Part shown: positions 29,520-32,000 of the stretch, piece after piece
How positions within the stretch are numbered: the stretch's first letter is position 1
Layout: each line of letters starts with the position of its first letter
Origin: Streptantibioticus rubrisoli
Lineage (GTDB): Bacteria > Actinomycetota > Actinomycetes > Streptomycetales > Streptomycetaceae
Reading direction: 5' to 3'
Assembly: GCF_024436055.1 (NCBI RefSeq)
Contig: NZ_JANFNH010000046.1
Coordinates: 538-32,537, forward strand
DNA length: 32,000 nt
Notes under the pieces: model-generated
The model's database searches: none
What the model saw: only the letters and a program-made list of their open reading frames with translations
What the model was told of the DNA's origin: nothing
Position numbers and translations under genes: made by a program

Positions 29520-30542
29520 ATGGTGAACAAACGCATTGCTGCAGGAATCGGTGTGCTGATGGCGATGACCTTCACCGGCGCGTGCGGGGCGGCCTCTGGG
29601 GCTCCCGTGCCCGATAGAGCTGCCGCTCCTGCGTCCCACAACAAGATGGCGGCGAACTATCTGTACGCTTCGATCGGAGACTTCGACACCACGGTCAAAC
29701 CCTTGATCGATCGCCCGGGCATCGCCGGCGTGCAGGTCGTGGTGCCGTGGAAGATGCTCGAACGAAAGGAGAACCAGTATGACTTCGCGCAGATCGAACA
29801 GGCCCTGAACTACCTGCAGCCGCGCCACAAGAAGCTGTTCGTCCAGGTCCAGGACCGGTTCTTCGCCTTGCCGGCCAAGCTCCCGAACTACCTGCTGACT
29901 AACCCGCGGTACCACGGTGGCGCAGCTCAGACAAAGAACGACAATGGCCTCGGCGCCGGTCCCCCCGGAGCCATCGCGGCACAGTGGGTTCCGCAGGTGA
30001 GGGACCGCTTCCAGCGTCTACTGAAGGCACTGGCGCAGCAGTTCGACGGTCGCCTCGCCGGAGTGAATCTCCCGGAAACCGCTACCGAGGTGGACACCAG
30101 CAAGGACCACACCGGATACACCGACGATGCCTACTTCAAGGCAGAGCTCGACAACATGGCTTACGGCAAGAAGGTCTTCACCAAGACGCCGTTCATCCAG
30201 TACGTCAACTTCTGGCCGGGCGAATGGAACAACAGCCGCAACTACATGCGGCGAACCTTCGCATTCGCCAAGGCGCACGGCATCGGCCTGGGCGGACCTG
30301 ACATCCTGCCGAACCGACCGGCGCAGATGCAAAACTCGTACCCCTTCTTCGCGCGGTACCGAGGACAGCTCCCGATCGTGGCCATGGCTGTACAGGAGCC
30401 CGACTTCCAATACACGAACCCTCAAACGAAGAAGCCCTACACCCGGCAAGAGTTCACCGATTTCGGCACGAACACCCTCGGTGCCAACTGCATCTTCTGG
30501 GCCACCAGCGCGCCCTGGCTCCACCAGCCGACGGCAAAGTAG
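29520..30542 (+). CDS. Secreted/lipoprotein glycoside-hydrolase-like protein (TIM-barrel type)
   Basis: Signal-like N-terminus MVNKRIAAGIGVLMAMTFTGACGAASG; LYASIGDFDTTVKPLIDRPGIAGVQVVVPWKMLERKENQYDFAQIEQALNYLQPRHKKLFVQVQDRFF; LAGVNLPETATEV. Confidence 0.65.
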   Translation: MVNKRIAAGIGVLMAMTFTGACGAASGAPVPDRAAAPASHNKMAANYLYASIGDFDTTVKPLIDRPGIAGVQVVVPWKMLERKENQYDFAQIEQALNYLQPRHKKLFVQVQDRFFALPAKLPNYLLTNPRYHGGAAQTKNDNGLGAGPPGAIAAQWVPQVRDRFQRLLKALAQQFDGRLAGVNLPETATEVDTSKDHTGYTDDAYFKAELDNMAYGKKVFTKTPFIQYVNFWPGEWNNSRNYMRRTFAFAKAHGIGLGGPDILPNRPAQMQNSYPFFARYRGQLPIVAMAVQEPDFQYTNPQTKKPYTRQEFTDFGTNTLGANCIFWATSAPWLHQPTAK

Positions 30543-30724
30543 ATAGGGCCACCCGTCCTGAGCAGTCTGGCGACGTCGCGCCAGGTCGCTCCGGATAAGC
30601 GAGTACGAAGCCGTTCGGGCTTCGGGCTGAGGTGGGGGCCTCGTTGGTCAGCCTGTGACAGAAGACCTCAAGGCCCTCACCACGGTGCTTCCGGATTCGG
30701 GAGGTCGCGAAGTGGGCGTCCCGG

Positions 30725-31015
30725 TTGTTGGACGAGCTGTCCGAGTTTGACGACGCCTCGACCGATACGGAGACCGGGGAAGCACCGGAACGTTCGAAGG
30801 GCTTGGGGACTGCGACCGGGGCGCTGCTGGCCCGGCTGGCGAGTATCGACGTTCTCAAGCCGCTGCTGGAGGCAGTGCGCGCGTGGACAACGCGCACCGG
30901 GCGCACGGTGGAAGTCAGCATCGACGGGGACCTGCTCAAGCTGACCGGCGCGAGCCAGGAGCAGCAGGAGCACGTGATCCAAGCCTGGCTTGCCCGGCAC
31001 GCTCCGCTTGCCTGA
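30725..31015 (+). CDS. EACC1-like domain protein (effector-associated constant component 1); start uncertain, N-terminus may be degraded
   Basis: GALLARLASIDVLKPLLEAVRAWTTRTGRTVEVSIDGDLLKLTGASQEQQEHVIQAWLARHAPLA fits the EACC1 C-terminal pattern; directly upstream of and overlapping a caspase-like gene. No ATG/GTG start in frame; first usable start is TTG. Confidence 0.6.
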   Translation: MLDELSEFDDASTDTETGEAPERSKGLGTATGALLARLASIDVLKPLLEAVRAWTTRTGRTVEVSIDGDLLKLTGASQEQQEHVIQAWLARHAPLA

Positions 31016-31848
31016 GTTGCCGGCCGAGAACCGATCGGCCTTGGTGATCGCGACGGGTGTCTACGCCGACGCGCAACTGGTGCGGCTGCGTGCCCCGGCC
31101 CGCGACGCCGTGGACCTGGCCGCAGTGCTCGGCGACCCACAGCGTGGCCGATTCAAAGTCACCCCGCTGATCGACCGGCCTGCCCACGATATCCGCGTGG
31201 AAATGGAGGACTTCCTCGCCGATCGCGCCCCGGACGATCTGCTGGTGGTGTACCTGGGTGTACCTGTCCTGCCACGGAGTGCGCGACGCAAGCGGTCGGC
31301 TGCACTTCGCCGCAGCCGACACATTCAAGAGGCGCTTAGCATCCACCGGCGTCGAGTCGCAGTGGCTGCTCGACCGGTTGGACGAGCGCCGAGCACGGCG
31401 TCAGGCGCTGATCTTGGACTGTTGTTTCAGCGGCGCTTTCGATGCCACCGGCAGGAAAGGGGAGGCCGAAGGGGAGCTGCGGCGCCTACTGGTTGGGCAT
31501 GGCCGCGGGCGGGTGGTGCTGACCGCCTCGCCTGCCGGGGAGTACTCCTATGCGGGCCCGGCCCTGCCCGGGGCCGAGATCACCGGGTCGGTGTTCACCA
31601 CCGGGCTGGTCAAGGGCTTGCGCACCGGCGGCGCGGACAGCGATAACGACGGGCTGATCTCGGTCGAGGACGCCTATGACTACGTCTACACCTACGTCCA
31701 GGCCCACGCTGCCGCTCAGACCCCGCGACGCTGGACGTACGGCGCCGAGGGAAAGATCTTGCTCGCCCGCAACCCCGCGGGCCGACTCCGGCCCGACCGG
31801 CTGGTCACAGCCCGCGTCACAGGACCCGCTTGCCAGGACGGCATCTGA
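30990..31848 (+). pseudogene. Caspase-like (peptidase C14) EACC1-associated protein, frame-disrupted by a 10-bp tandem duplication at 31247-31266
   Basis: ORF 30990..31646: SALVIATGVYADAQLVRLRAPARDAVDLAAVLGDP...VEMEDFLADRAPDDLLVVYL. ORF 31258..31848: YLSCHGVRDASGRLHFAAADT...ALILDCCFSGAFDAT...GRGRVVLTASPAGEYSYAG...GSVFTTGLVKGLRTGGADSDNDGLISVEDAYDYVYTYV. Both catalytic-type motifs (CHG, DCC) are present. Confidence 0.85.
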
Positions 31849-31912
31849 TGAGCCTTCGACGACGGGCCGTGGCCGTGAGCCGATAGACGCATCCGCTGTC
31901 CACCTGACCTCC

Positions 31913-32000
31913 ATGACCGCTCCCCAACCGCCACAGCCCCAGGAAAAGCCACAACCGCCCGCAAACGACGGTTCTTTCGACGTCGCGTGGACCGGCACAG
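31913..32000 (+). CDS. Possible start of a downstream gene (Pro/Gln-rich N-terminus), truncated by window edge
   Basis: ATG at 31913 opens MTAPQPPQPQEKPQPPANDGSFDVAWTGT... with no stop to the window end. Confidence 0.35.
   Translation, partial: MTAPQPPQPQEKPQPPANDGSFDVAWTGT

Noticed and set aside
1-32000. CRISPR arrays, rRNA or tRNA genes
   Set aside because: No regularly spaced direct repeats and no recognisable tRNA/rRNA signature seen on reading; a tool scan (tRNAscan-SE, CRISPRCasFinder) would be needed to exclude them formally.

Overview
High-GC, Streptomyces-type window. (1) ~1.05-18.45 kb: a compact type I polyketide locus. It has a five-gene methoxymalonyl-ACP cassette (3-hydroxyacyl-CoA dehydrogenase, free ACP, acyl-CoA dehydrogenase, FkbH-like HAD protein, O-methyltransferase). 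A divergent gene encodes a carboxymuconolactone-decarboxylase-like domain fused to a degenerate nuclease-like domain. A single 3863-aa PKS reads as KSQ-AT-ACP / KS-AT-ACP / KS-AT-KR(dead)-ACP-TE, i.e. loading to release on one polypeptide. It is predicted to make an unreduced triketide that could cyclise to a small, possibly 3-methoxy, pyrone. (2) The locus lies between IS ends of one transposase family (remnant ~450-819; frame-disrupted copy 18500-19716). (3) ~18.5-29.3 kb is an IS graveyard: an apparently complete IS with 38-bp terminal inverted repeats, several truncated or frameshifted relatives, an IS5-like remnant and an intact IS110-like transposase. It also holds a marooned DUF5684-like membrane protein gene and a ferredoxin / ferredoxin reductase / cytochrome P450 operon. 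(4) The right end has a secreted glycoside-hydrolase-like protein gene and an EACC1 + caspase-like gene pair. The caspase frame is broken exactly by a 10-bp tandem duplication. All family calls come from reading motifs; no database search was run.
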